A program made the translations under genes and the position numbers. From the NCBI GenBank assembly GCA_951406725.2, contig OX597815.1, forward strand, positions 50,282,001-50,346,000: a stretch of DNA of 64,000 nt, read 5' to 3'. Source of the stretch: Octopus vulgaris (taxonomy: Eukaryota). A model generated the notes under the pieces. The model had not been told where the DNA came from and made no database searches. It worked only from the letters and a program-made list of their open reading frames with translations. Shown one piece after another: positions 1 through 13,105 of this stretch. The first letter of the stretch is position 1; every line of letters starts with the position of its first letter.

Positions 1-3000
1 GGGATGGAAGGAGAGAGAGAGATTTAATCAAATAGATTTATAGCAAGGGAGTAATCAATTGATCATTAGGTGATGATAAAAACAAATCAACAGATATGAA
101 TGAAGTCATCTATTTTTTTACCACTTGTCATAGTGTATTAGTCTCTTGAGAAAATAAAAAAAAAATCTGCTAAGTTGACAACGACAATATTTCAAATAAA
201 ACCTCTAAATCCCTGAAGATCTATCAATTATACAGTTTACATTAGCAAAGTCCAAATAAGTTCACATCTGTTTGAATACATGTGGATTTATGTTTGTAAA
301 AGTTAAGTTGCAACACAAAACTAGGTTTGAGATGTTTACTCAATTTTTTTTTCTTTTTGCTTTTCTTTGTTTGAACAATAGAGGATGATAAGATGCCAAA
401 TAAAATTTAGTGTCTCAGAATGAACAAAAGATATTTTAGAAATGTCTTTATGCACAAACTGTATCACAAAAGAATGAGACAAAACATTTTCAAATGTCAC
501 CATTAGATTACAGAAGTGAAGAAACAATTTCTGAAATAGCATGTTTTATTCTTTCATAAGGAATTAAGCAGTTTTCCCCCTCCTTTAATTAAAAGATCCA
601 ATAGCAATGAACAAAATCATTAACAGAAGTAGTTCTAATTTCCTACAGGAGAGTAATTTGAATATTGAGAAGACTACTTGTAAATCTGTTAAGTATATGA
701 CCTATGAATTCTCTTTACACACACAAAAAAAGACAGCTAACAACCAAGTCACTGCTGAGAGAGCATTCTCCTTGTCTCACTTTCACCTTTAAACATGTTG
801 TGCTATGAAATGTTTCTGTCACTTATTGATTCAATGATTAAATAAGAATTGTAACACCAATCAAGGGAGCTAAAATCAATAAAGCACCAATAAAAGAGAA
901 CTAGAACTGCAAAACAGTTGCAGGTAGCAACAATAACTTAGGTCTATTAACAGTTATTGGTACTAAAATATACTGGCACAGTCGACCAGTGAGTTTGAAC
1001 GTTAGCCAGTAGGCTTTTGCAATATCTGGCTGTAAAAGTTACTTATCTTGGAACTCATTGTCTTTTCTAAAATGACTATTATTTTAGTCAATATATCTTA
1101 GCAAACAACCACAAGATCCCAAATAGTTCTAGTAAATAATTAATGTTTATACTGTTAAGAAGTTCAATTAAAATAAGAAATTGATTATCTGGAATTTAAT
1201 AACTTGGCATTTAATCATTCTTGAATACGTATAATTGTCATGGAATGTTGTGATGTCTGCACAGAAAACTCAATCAGTCAAGTACATTAATTCTAGTACA
1301 GAAAGCAGCAAACTCAACCCCAGATTCACAGTTCTCAGATATGGTATCACTTTATTCATGCTTCTAATGCATTTGTCATTATCATCATTAAATATCCATT
1401 ATTTCATACTCGCATGGGTTGGACGGAATTTGTGGTGAAGGATTTTCTAAGGCTGGATGCTCTTCCTGTCGCAAACACTCACCTGTTTTCAAGTAAGGTA
1501 TTATTTTCCCATGACCAGACATATTTTGGCAGAAGAGTAGAAATGAAGGACACTGCTGGCATGATGGTAACATTCATTTAAAACCATCATGTGATGTCAA
1601 GGCAAAGAGGCAGTAGCACATGCTTTCATATACACACACACAAGGACTGAGATATCTGGTGCCTTGCTGTGCTCAAAAAGGCCCATCTGTCTCTGTGGAG
1701 TGGGTAGTGTTAAGAAGAACATCCAGCAGTAGAAATCATGCCAGAACAGACAATGGAGCTTGATGCGACCCCTGGCCTTACCAGTTCCAATCAAACCACC
1801 CAGCCCATACCAGTATTGAAAATGGACATTAAATGATGATACATATACATTATTATTATTATTATTATTATTATATGATTGAACGCCATGCATCCTCTTC
1901 CAAGTTTTATATATATATATAATGGGCATCTTTTAGTTTCCCTCTACCAAATCCACTCACAAGACTTTCACCAAGCATAGGCTATAGTAGAAGACACATG
2001 CACAAAGTTCCATGCAATAGGACTGAACCTGGAACTATGTGCTAGGGAAGCAAGCTTCTTACCACACAGCCATGCCTATACCTATCCATGCTTAAACCTA
2101 CAGACTGAATACATTTATTTCAAGAAATTTTGCGGCAGTAGTGACATCATATTTTGGGGCATAACACCCTAATTTGTACTGACCAACTAAATGGTTAGAC
2201 AATGCATTATATTTTCTTGGAATGAAATAGATAAAACAGTGGAAATGAAGATGAAGAAATAGTGTCACTGAAGCACAAAATACTTTTAAAAAAGACAAAA
2301 TAAATTACTGAATATTTTTTGGCTATCTCTGCTTTGCCACATTGAAACATAACAAGAAGTTCTGGGAATAATTTTAGATGACAATCTAACCTTCTGAGGG
2401 ATTGTTAAACTTAATCTTCAAATTTTGGCTGCCTTCTGTATATAAGACAGTTACTATTCTATAACTATTGTATATTATTTATTGTTTATTGCCCAATATA
2501 GATTTTTAATAGTTTTAATGCAATAAAGAATAAATGAGACATTGACTATTACCGTAAACTGTTCTTTCATGGTAATTCATTCATGCTGGCAAAAAGATTT
2601 CAACAGATTATGCATAATATTAATATAATATATGGCAGTTTTTGTTGTTAGTTTCATATTAATAGAGCTGATCAGGCTGGATAAGCCAACACTTAAGTGA
2701 CTGGAATGATAATGATGATGACAACAATAGCAATGATGACGATGATGACAACACAAAATTGATGCTGATGATGGTGGTGATGATGATTATGTTGATGACG
2801 AATTTCATCTACTGTAGGACAGTAGTCATGAAATATCCTGAAATTCAATTTGAAGCCAATATCCAGTTAAAAAGAATTGGAATTAAAATTTTTTTGTCTT
2901 TTTATAAAATATCTTTGACCACAGTAAAGTAATTAGCATTTATAATTTGTATGTGAACATGAAAGTCTGTTGGCACCATTAAGTCTGATGGTTCTCCATT

Positions 3001-3306
3001 TGTTGATTTCTCATAATTTAAAGACCAATAACACTCGCATCATTCATTCCCCCTTTCTTGATTCAAAATATTTACATTTCACCCAACAGTTCCACTGTAA
3101 AACAACTGGCGTATAAGTGACACAAGAAGAAAAAAGATAATTCCACTCTATTTTAATAAATGTATTTAATTCATGTTCCTGCTGAAAAGAATTTTGCATG
3201 ATTAATAGTTGAATGAAATAAATACAGTTTTAAATTACTCCATACAATTTTTCTAGATCTGTTTCCACTAATAAAAGAAATATATCATTTGAAATATGCT
3301 TAGTCG

Positions 3307-3377
<71 letters not shown>

Positions 3378-5964
3378 CATACACACACACATTCATTCAT
3401 TCATTTATTTACTGTATTAGATTGCATTCATATCCACAGTAGTCTCGATTTTTTTTTTTTATATTTTTTACTTATTTATTTATGCAGTTATTTTGTGTTG
3501 ACATCACAGTCTTTAAATCTGATTATCCATAATGGTGTAGGTGGGATGATTTGCTCAACCAATTCTATGCTTGCTAGCAATACTCTATATGTTCTCTGGA
3601 GATTTCATTTTAGTCCTAATTTTTATGTACCCTAGTAGAAAAATGGATTAATTTTCATTATGACATTACCTAATCTTAAAACATTATAGCTGTGATAAAG
3701 ATTGCAGACATTCAGACTAAATCCTTATTGTCTTAAAACCTGAAATTATATAAACCTATGGCTTAGAGAACCCAATCAAATATAGAGCAACCAATCAAAA
3801 TCTTAGTCATAATTCCACTAATATGATATACTATATATGCTTCAGAGCACTTTTAGTCAATGATATTAAATCATCAATTAATATTAATTATAAAACTTAT
3901 GTTTACTAGTGTTGATACCAAATTATTGCAAACACATGATAAAATATGCCAAAATGTTTTAGGAGTTTCTTCACTAATGGAAGATTTACACTGCTTATTA
4001 AACTTACTTTTTCTGGCAGGGTGTGTTCTTATATAATACTATTTCAGAACGTTTACATCCATTCATCATTAGGTGCCATTAGATGACACACTAAGGTACA
4101 TAGTCAGCTTCTTTGTAGGTAAAAATCTTTGCCATTAATTGTAACTTAATTCCTTTCCATATTATTCTGCTTGAGAGCTTCTATGGTTGTCTATAAATAC
4201 AAAAACTGGTTATTTTAAAGTTTTCATATACAAATTGGAAACTTTCCATCATAATTTCATGCAAGAACCTTTTATTAACTTACATTCTAAAGATCAACTA
4301 AATAATTGCAAAGTTTGATTATTTTACAGAATCCTTCCAAATTTTTGTTTATTTTCTAGATAAATTTAAGCATGTAGGCAATATATTTAATCAAAATTAG
4401 GGTCACAAAAGGGCCAAACCAATTAGTTATTCTAAAAGGTTAATAATGTCGAAGGAATTTCTCAGATGAATGAATCGACCTCAGGACTTGGTTTTTCCTT
4501 TTGAACCCTGGTATTTATTATAGCTCTCTGCTTTTGTGAACCACTGAGTGACAGGGACGTAAGCAAACCAACACTCATCAAGTAGTGGTGGAATACACAC
4601 ATGCACACACATGATGGGCTTCTTTTAGTTTCCATCTACCAAATCTACTCACAAAGCTTTGGTCATCCCGAAGCTATGGTAGAAGACACTTGCCAAAGAT
4701 GCCACACAGTGGGACTGAGCCTCGAACCATGTGGCTGAGAAGCAAACTGCTTGACACACAATCCTATAGCTGTATTCCCTTCCATATATAATGATTCCCT
4801 CAGTAAATACAAAAAATATTCCTATACTAGATTTCTAATCATTATCAATCACATATGACAATGAGTTTCTTTTACATTCAGTTAATATTTACAAAGAAAA
4901 TAAAATATGTTTTTCCTCTGCTAATGTTTGCATTTTCTCAGTTAGTTTCAGCAATTTTTTATATTCATTTCTCTACACCAGTGTAAGGTTGATTACACAT
5001 GCTCCCTAAAGTCAAATATTGTGTGACAAATCTTTTCTCTCATTGCAGATGTAGAGTTACCACTCAAAATGTAATCTTCTTGCCATTTTTCTTGAATAAA
5101 CTTGCACTCTTTAGTCAATGATTCAACATATTGCTTGTCATAGATAAACTGACATTCCAGCTGGTTGCTAAGTACCCTATCCACTTAGCTATACATTTAA
5201 GCAAAAAACGAAAAAAAAAAAGTGGTAGATTTGCAGAATGTAAATGCTTTGCAGCATTTAGTTCCAGTCATCTATGTTCTGAGTTCAAATCTTACCCAAG
5301 GTAGACAATGCCTTTCTCTCTTTCAGAGTCTATAAAATAAGGACTTGTCAAGAACTGGGATATACTTAACTGAAAGGTTAAGAGTATATCACATGTTCAT
5401 GGTGTCCGAGCTGGCGATTCAGTAATGAACTGTTGCTAAATTATGCACTTGTGGACGTTTGCAACACCATATATGAAATAATGTTCACCAGAAGCATGCA
5501 TTGGCATTATGTTCATCATCATCATCCTTGTTTAACGTCCGTTTTCCGTGCTAGCATGGGTTGGATGGTTCAACCGGGGTCTGGGAAGCCAGGAGGCTGC
5601 ACTAGGTTCCACTCTGATCTGACAGTGTTTCTACAGCTGGATGCCCTTCCTAATGCCAACCACTCTGTGAGTGTAGTGGGTGCTTTTTACGTGCCACCGA
5701 CACAGAGGCCAGTCAAGGCGGCGCTGATTGTCTAAATAATATTAGGTAAACATATAATAATCCTTTCTACTATAGGCAGAAGGCCTGAATTTTTCCTTTT
5801 CTTTTGTGTGGTGGGATACAGTCAATTACATTGACCCCAGTATTCAACTGGTACTTTGTTTCAGTGACTTGAAAGATGAAAAACTAAGTCAACATCAGCA
5901 GAATCGATTATATTCTGCTAAGCATTTCACCCAGTGTGCTAACAATCCTGCCAGCTCACTACAT

Positions 5965-6180
5965 TACTCTTACTCTTTTACTTGTTTCAGTCACTTGACT
6001 GCGGCCATGCTGGAGCACCACCTTTAGTCAAGCAAATTGACCCCAGGACTTATTCTTTGGAAGCCTAGTACTTATTCTATTGGTCTATTTTGCCGAACTG
6101 CTAAGTCACAGAGATGTAAACACACCAGCATCGGTTGTGAAGCGATGTTGGGGGTACAAACACAGACACGCAAACATATG

Positions 6181-6213
<33 letters not shown>

Positions 6214-6365
6214 GACGGGCTTCTTTCAGTTTCCATCTATCAAATCCACTCACAAGGCTTTGGTCAGTTCGAGGCTATAGTAGAAGACACTTGCCCAAAG
6301 TGCCATGCAGTGGGACTGAACCCAGAACCATGTGGTTGGTAAGCAGGTCACTTACCACACAGCCT
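5965..6365 (-). mobile_element. Octopus tRNA-derived SINE, family with internal (TA)/(TG) microsatellite
   Basis: Reverse complement of the head gtgtggtaag...ggttctgggttcagtcccactgc, with an internal CA/TA tract and the 3' part ending gactgaaacaagtaaaagag. Near-identical copies at 18185-18570, 25640-26045, 36180-36565 and 55615-56025. Confidence 0.85.
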
Positions 6366-6557
6366 CACAGTTCACATTATGTAAGCATAGGATAATGATA
6401 CCAGTTTTCAGCTACAATAGCTGAAATATAATTTCAGCTTGAACCCTAACCATAATAGTCTTGTACCTAACAGTATTGTAACCACACCATTTACTGGTTA
6501 TGTTTTCATTTGTGGTGACTTTTTTACTTGTAGCTATAAAGCAATTGTATGTTACCA

Positions 6558-7416
6558 TTTTTGACACATCCTGTTGGCACCCAGATAGAAAATTGTTTAT
6601 GTCTAAAAATTAGTGATCCCAGAGGTTATGCTGTGTTAGCATGAGTAAAATTATAAGATTCCTTCACCAAGAACTTCCAGATGATCAACCATCCTTATAG
6701 CCTTAACTGAATTACTAATGTAAAAAATTTCCTTTGAAATAACTAATTGTTTCAAAATTTCAATTCTATCTATTCTCTTTCTAACTTTCTGAAATAGTTT
6801 AGAACATTTTAAGTTGAATAAGATCAGAGGTTTTACCACATTTCATAATCCAATTTGGTGTGCTAATAATGGTCAATATGTTAAGGGTTTCAGTTATGCT
6901 TTCAAAGCTTCATATCTACAAGAAATATTCACTTATTAATACAATATTCATAAGATCAAGGAGAGTGATAACATTTATTTGTCATGATTCCAATCTGAAA
7001 CTGAAAAATAAAACTACTACAAATATCAGTATGCCTCACAAAGAATGTGTGACCCTCTTTTAAGAAACAAAATGAATTTGGCTGGTAAGTTAATGAACAT
7101 ATTGACCATTATTAGAACACCAAATTGGATTATGAAATGTGGTAAAACCTCTGATCTTATTCAACTTAAAATGTTCTAAACTATTTCAGAAAGTTAAAAA
7201 GAGCATAGAATTGAAATATTAAAACAATTAGTTATTTCAAAGAAGATTTTTTACATTAGTAATTCAGTTAAGGCTATGAGGATGGGTGATCATATGGAAA
7301 TTCTTGGAGAAGGAATCTTATAATTTTACTCATGCAAACACAGCATAACCTCTGGGATCACTAATCTTAAGATATAAACAATTTTCTACCTGGGTGCCAA
7401 CAGGATGTGTCAAAAA
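6558..7416. repeat. Long inverted repeat: arms 6558-6882 and 7096-7416, ~213-bp spacer
   Basis: Manual alignment of the left-arm reverse complement to the right arm gives about 17 substitutions and one 4-bp indel over ~320 bp. No TSD. Confidence 0.95.
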
Positions 7417-8422
7417 CGTTGTTTTCTCACAGCACAAAGCTGTTCATCATAATTTTTATAGTTTTCCAGCCACCCATAAATTAGAAGAGCTGACTAAATT
7501 GTTATGTCTTTGTGACTATGTAAGTCTCCCAGACAACAACTCCAGTAGGTGTGGTGTTTTAATAATTAATAAAAAGTATAGATTAAGGCATGGGCTAGTC
7601 TACTGCAACCACTTGATTAGATGTAAAATTACTTTTCCAAGTATCAACAACTAATTTCTATTGAGCATGTTAAATGTTTTTCCTAAAAACTACTAAACAT
7701 TATTTGCAATTGGAAAGTTGAGCATAAGAAACTGGCATGATGGATAAAAGCTTTCAAATGATGAGTCACTGTAGTCAAATGACTGAAACGTGTAAAAGAA
7801 TAAAAAAAATATATATATATACGTATATATATATACACACACACATATATATATATATATACATATACATACATACATATACATATATATACATACACAT
7901 ATATATACACATATATATACATACATATATATATATATATATACTGTTGTGTCTGGGGAGAGTGTTACATTATAAGGCACAAAAAGAAAATAACTCTCCC
8001 AGACATAACAGAATATGCTTCAACATACGAACTCATAAAGAATCTTGCAAACCAAATCCAAAAACGAAATATATATATATATATATAGATAGATAGATAG
8101 ATATAGATATAATATAAATAATATATAAATATATGCATATATATACATACATATATGTACATACCTACATATATATGTATATATACATGCATATATGGGT
8201 ACAGGACATCAAAAAAACATTAAACATAATGAGAAACGAAAACATAAAAATGAAAACATTGAAAACGAACTTTTTATCGAACAAAAAAAAATAGAGAAAT
8301 GGGACATGCAACATAAAGAATATTCCCCTTCATCAGTTGTCCCTGTTTCATCTACTCCGTGTTTCATATATATATAGACACAAACACACACACACATCTA
8401 TATATATATCCTGTTTTACATA

Positions 8423-9613
8423 TGTGGGGATGAGCCGGAAGAAGAGGGCCATAATGTCAATGGTCAAGGGACTGACAGAAAGAGGAAGTGAGGCGGGGCG
8501 ACAGTAGAGGGTTGCCCTCTTTTGGCCGGCTGAGGTATTGCGAATGGATGTCAGGGGAATTCGCTCTCAGGCTGGTGAGATAACAGCTGCTTATATTGGG
8601 TGATGGGGTAGGACAGGATCGCCGGAGTAACTACTACTAGATGGATGCAGATGAGAGAGGAAGGTAGGTGAACCTCTTTTCATCTCCCACGTACAACAAG
8701 CTATTTCAGTAATTTCGTTGTCCCTTTGTGTAGTAGCCTGGATTCGAAAGGTCAAAGTTGTGACCAGGCTACAAGGCATTGAAGATGTAGTGAGCCTCAT
8801 GGCCTTATATTTGGAGGGGAGTGCACTGGCACTGTACCTCGAAATAGATGAAGAACAACTGAGCATGGTGAAGATTAAACAGCACTCGAGAGAGGATTAC
8901 ACAGATGGAGAGTATGCCATTTTTGGGAACAGGTTGATGAATATGCTGTAGAGGTACGGATGCTGGTTGTCTGGTCTTATCAGTGAGGGACTTCAGAAAG
9001 TAGGCTTTTGTGAACAGCTTTCCTGACGATGTGTTGGTGTGACTACAACAGTTGCCAGGTGGCAACAAAATGTCAATGAGCAAGCTCATCATTCAAGCCT
9101 ATGTGTTGACACAATACACTGGGCAGAAGGCAGTGGTGATGGTGGCTGCAGAAGCCCACGAATCTGCATAACAGCCAGTGAAGGATGAAAAGAGATCTGC
9201 TGTGGAATGACAGTGGCTGTTCACAGGCTGGTGTTTTAAGTGCCAAGGACTGCACATGACGAGGGACTGTATGGAGCCTAGACTGGTTTGCTACCAGTGC
9301 AAACAGACAAGGCATATTGCCCGAATTGTAGCCAGGGAAAAGGCCACGGGGAGGTTGTTGCCTCTCAAACTTCCCTTGCAAACGAGTAGAGGTGTTGATG
9401 AAGTCACTGCCTGTGGTTGAGATCATGGTCAGGGAAAACATGTTTAAGGCCTTCATGGACATGGGCTGCATGATGACTCTCATGACCCTGAGGGTGACAA
9501 AAAAACAAAAGAGGACAACCTTGTCCTGTCCCCCTCCTCACTGCACTTCCCTTCTCAAGCTTCCTCTTCCGGTCAGTCCCTTGACCATTGACATCATGGC
9601 CCTCATCCCCACA
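8423..9613 (+). mobile_element. Decayed Ty3/Gypsy-type gag-protease element with inverted LTR-derived ends and 5-bp TSD (ACATA)
   Basis: Starts TGTGGGGATGAG and ends CTCATCCCCACA. ACATA at 8418-8422 and 9614-9618. Gag-like VVAWIRKVKVVTRLQGIEDVVSLMALYLEGSALALYLEI; zinc knuckles CFKCQGLHMTRDC and CYQCKQTRHIAR(N)C from 9232; aspartic-protease-like SLPVVEIMVRENMFKAFMDMGCMMTL at ~9400-9480. Confidence 0.9.
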
Positions 9614-10816
9614 ACATATTTATTTTAGAAAAACATTATTTTCTATTTTCAAAAGAGTGAGGAAACTTATTATCCTAAAATATGATACAGTATAATAGTA
9701 ATTCTGTTTAATTATGAGGACATACTTGGTCCAATTGTCCAGGTGGTTTGGGTATTAGTAGTATAAACTGAACAATAGGACAGTAGATCTGCTACCTTAG
9801 AAGCCCAGGACCATGACATTCCAGGGATTTCATGAGATTAGTGGGCACAGCAGTGTGATTTAATGAATGTATTGCCAAGATAGGTGATGTCTGTTATAAG
9901 GAAGTGAGAGATGTGAGGAAGAAATAAAGAGTAGAGAGAAAACGTGTACTTTAAGAAGCTTAAGTGACTTCAGTTGATCCATGTTGTTAGCTGTTTTATA
10001 TTAATGTTTAAGTGACTTTTGAGTAGTTCATATTACTCCAAATAAAAGGATCTACTAATTAAAATGTAGAGACTGTAAAAATAGATTATGTAAGATTGAC
10101 AGTCTATTTAATGCAAAGACTTTATATACTATAAACTATACTGGATAACATAAGGAAAAAATCCTCAAGGAGTTGTGATTTTTTTTTTTTTTTTTTGCTG
10201 AAAGAAAATAAAAACACCTGGTGATAATTACTATTAACTCTCAAATGAAAGAGGGAAATAATTTCAAGAAATTAGGAATTGGTTTCACAGATTAGGGGGA
10301 AAATTTGATATTTGTTACCAGGCAGGGTGACTACTACAGACTCAAGCAAGTTTGAGAAGACTATACTTTGCAGAAAAGGACAAAATAAGATTGAAACATG
10401 CTTATAGCTATCTTACTGGAACTTAACTTCCCAGCCAAGAGCCTTAAAACTGGCAACAATATTTCCCCTCTTTTTCAAGCAAACAAAATAAAAGAAGTCT
10501 CTCCCAGAATGTTGAAAATGTACGGAAAAATAATTAGAGGTCATACCAAGTATAGAAGAGTAGAAAGTTTGAAACTAGAAAGCTTTTGTTATCATAGATA
10601 AAATTTAAGCAGCTAGTCTATCAAAAGGTGATCCAGCTAGCCTTTAACTCCAATTATTACAGAAATTTTTTGTTTCTGCTATATTAGCAATTATTAGCAC
10701 TGGAAGCCAATGTAATCAACCTACCCTCTCCTCTTAAATTGCTGGCCTTGTGCCGAAATTTGAAACCCTTCTTCTTCTTCTTCTTCTTCTTCTTATTATT
10801 ATTATTATTATTATTA

Positions 10817-10851
<35 letters not shown>

Positions 10852-10979
10852 TTTATTTAAGTTGTGAACAGGCAGAATCATTAGCACATAAGACAAAATG
10901 CCCAGTCGCATTTCATCTGTCTTTATGTTCTGAGTTCAAATTCCACCGAGGTTGACTTTGCCTTTTATCCTTTCAGGAT

Positions 10980-11500
10980 CATCATCATCATCATCGTTTA
11001 ACGTCCGTTTTCCATGCTAGCATGGGCTGGACGATTTGACTGAGATCTGGTGAACCAGATGGCTGCACCTGGCTCCAGTCTGATCTGGTAGAGTTTCTAC
11101 AGCTTGATGCCCTTCCTAACACCAACCACTCCGAGAGTGTAGTGGATGCTTTTACGTGCCACCAGCACGAGGGCCTGTCAGGTGGTATTGGCAACGGCCA
11201 CGCTCAAATGGTACTTTTTATGTGCCACCTGCACAGGAGCCAGTCCAGCGGCACTGGCAATGACCTCGTTCGAATGTTTTTTCACGTGACTCTAGCACAA
11301 GTGCCAGTAAGGCGACGCAGATAACGATCATGCTCAAATGGTGCTTTTTATGTGCCACCAGCACAGAAGCCAGTTTGTTGCTCTGGCAACGATCATGCTC
11401 CAGTGGTACTCTTAGCGCTCCACTAGCACGGATGCCAGTCATCGAATTTGATTGCGATTTCAATTTCACTTGCAAGCAAGCAAAGTTTAGTGTCCAATGA
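10980..11500 (-). mobile_element. Octopus SINE with (GAT)n tail and internal ~60-bp tandem units
   Basis: Tail seen as catcatcatc; core gatgcccttcctaac; about 5 diverged units around ...ttttacgtgccaccagcac... Related copies at 5510-5720, 16830-17320, 18020-18150, 48400-48640 and 62355-62520. Confidence 0.8.
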
Positions 11501-11650
11501 AGGAAAAGTACACATTATATAAGTAAGCTGGTTACACCCACCTCCCTCAAATTTTAGGCCTTATGCCTCGAGTAGAAAGAGTATTATTATTATTATATTC
11601 TGTTCTTTATACCTTTCATATTTCTAAATAACTACTACCAATCAAGGTAA

Positions 11651-11923
11651 ATTTAAAAAGAGCACTTTTGCCAGCATTACATCCTGTGTTATTTATATAG
11701 CCATGGCTATATAAATAACAGCCTAATAATTCTCCAGTTACACTCTGCAGCGGTCTCTCAAAGTTGAAGATGTTTTCGCAGGAAGGGTACCAAATACAAT
11801 TCTACTAATTGTATTAGTTACCCATGTAATCAAAAGTAGCCATATACATCCTCTGGATACCTCTCACCCTTAACATAGCAAAACATTCAGGATGTAATGC
11901 TGGCAAAAGTGCTCTTTTTAAAT
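11651..11923. repeat. Perfect 36-bp inverted repeat (11651-11686 / 11888-11923) with an abutting perfect 34-bp palindrome (11687-11720)
   Basis: atttaaaaagagcacttttgccagcattacatcctg pairs with caggatgtaatgctggcaaaagtgctctttttaaat. The palindrome is tgttatttatatagcca|tggctatataaataaca. Confidence 0.95.
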
Positions 11924-12417
11924 GGCACAAGCACAGAACTCTCATAAGTCAATCCTCTTCACCAGGGAGAATGGCTTTAACACTTCTGCTGCAGAGGTCA
12001 GCTCTTCTTGAGTACAACAAGGCACCAGATATCTTGGTCCTTTGTCATCTCGTCTGAAAAGTTCAGTGTCCTGAGGTTATACTTCAGCACTTCATCCCAT
12101 ATCTTCCTATATGTATTTGTTTCTTACCACTGGATAAGGGTGATAGTTCGTTTATGTCCCTATAATTTAACTATTCAGCCAAAACAGCTTGACAGAATAA
12201 GTGCTAGACTTCACAAAAAATAAGTACTGGGGATCAGAATTTATTCAACCAAAGCCTTGCACAGCAAGGGATTAGTTGAATAAACGTTTGTGTTGTGTTT
12301 GTCCCACATCACTATTTGACAACTGGTGTTGGTTTGTTAACATTCTTTCAACTTAACAGTTCAGCAAAAGAGTCTGGTAAAACAAGTACCAGACTTTAAA
12401 AAAGCCAACCTATTTAA

Positions 12418-12702
12418 CCCTTTCGTTACTATATTTCTGACCAAATTACACCCCTTCGTTTAGCGTTGGTCCAGTTTCTTCAGAGAAATCACCGAAAGAA
12501 ACAGTTTTTAAATTTTCACTCCATTCAGGTGCCAATTCGTTTTCTTTATCGCTATCGGAGATCTCAGATTCACTGTTTTCACTTTTATAAATTTTGAAAA
12601 CACAATAGGAACAAATTTCGGAAAAAAAATTCCCAAAATTGGTTTGGTTTCATAAACCAAAATTTTGTTCGGGCGGCTTTGGGCGGTTTGGTAACGAAAG
12701 GG
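12418..12702. mobile_element. piggyBac-type MITE inserted in a SINE
   Basis: TTAA TSD at 12414-12417 and 12703-12706. TIR ccctttcgttac / gtaacgaaaggg. Interrupts the 3' part of a SINE. Confidence 0.9.
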
Positions 12703-12873
12703 TTAAGGCATTGCTCCAGCATGGCAGCCTCCAATGAGTGAAAGAAATGGAGGAGAAAAAAAGAAAGTAATATGCTAAAATATTATTTCAAACATCTCAA
12801 AGTATATAATTTCAAATATACAAAACAGGAGGTGGGGACTACTCAAGTGAGAAATAGTCATTAATAATTAATA

Positions 12874-13105
12874 AGGTGGTGAGTTGGCAGAAACATTAGC
12901 ATGCCTGGTGAAATGTGTAGCCGTATTTCATCTGCCGTTATGTTCTGAGTTCAAATTCCACCGAGGTCAACTTTGCCTTTCATCCTTTCGGGGTCGATAA
13001 ATTAAGTACCACTTACGCACTGGGGTCGATATAATCGACTTAATCCGTTTGTCTGTCCTTGTTTGTCCCCTCTGTATTTAGCCCCTTGTGGGTAGTAAAG
13101 AAATA
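12874..13105 (+). mobile_element. Octopus tRNA-derived SINE with Meta/MESC-like central domain
   Basis: Head ggtggtgagttggcagaa, B-box-like gagttcaaattcc, core gcctttcatcctttcggggtcgataaattaagtacc. This is the most abundant repeat in the window, with dozens of partial copies. Confidence 0.85.

Noticed and set aside
4993-5184. Protein-like 63-aa minus ORF (and 2098-2298) as exons
   Set aside because: The first AG after the pyrimidine tract puts a stop in frame, the donor at ~4997 is weak, and phases with neighbouring candidates do not join consistently.
6651-6839. 62-aa minus-strand ORF within the inverted-repeat arm
   Set aside because: No recognisable homology, and the sister arm has a 4-bp frameshift.
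7683-8192. Many 60-140 aa ORFs rich in Y/I/H/T/V/C (also at 20226-20786, 34628-35003, 46825-47647 and 58831-59306)
   Set aside because: They are translations of TA/TG/CA microsatellites that lack stop codons.
11140-11440. Regularly spaced ~60-bp repeats resembling a CRISPR array
   Set aside because: The units are diverged along their whole length, lie inside a SINE, and there are no unique spacers or cas genes; the context is eukaryotic.
12874-12965. tRNA-like A/B boxes as tRNA genes
   Set aside because: They are SINE heads attached to SINE bodies; there is no complete cloverleaf.
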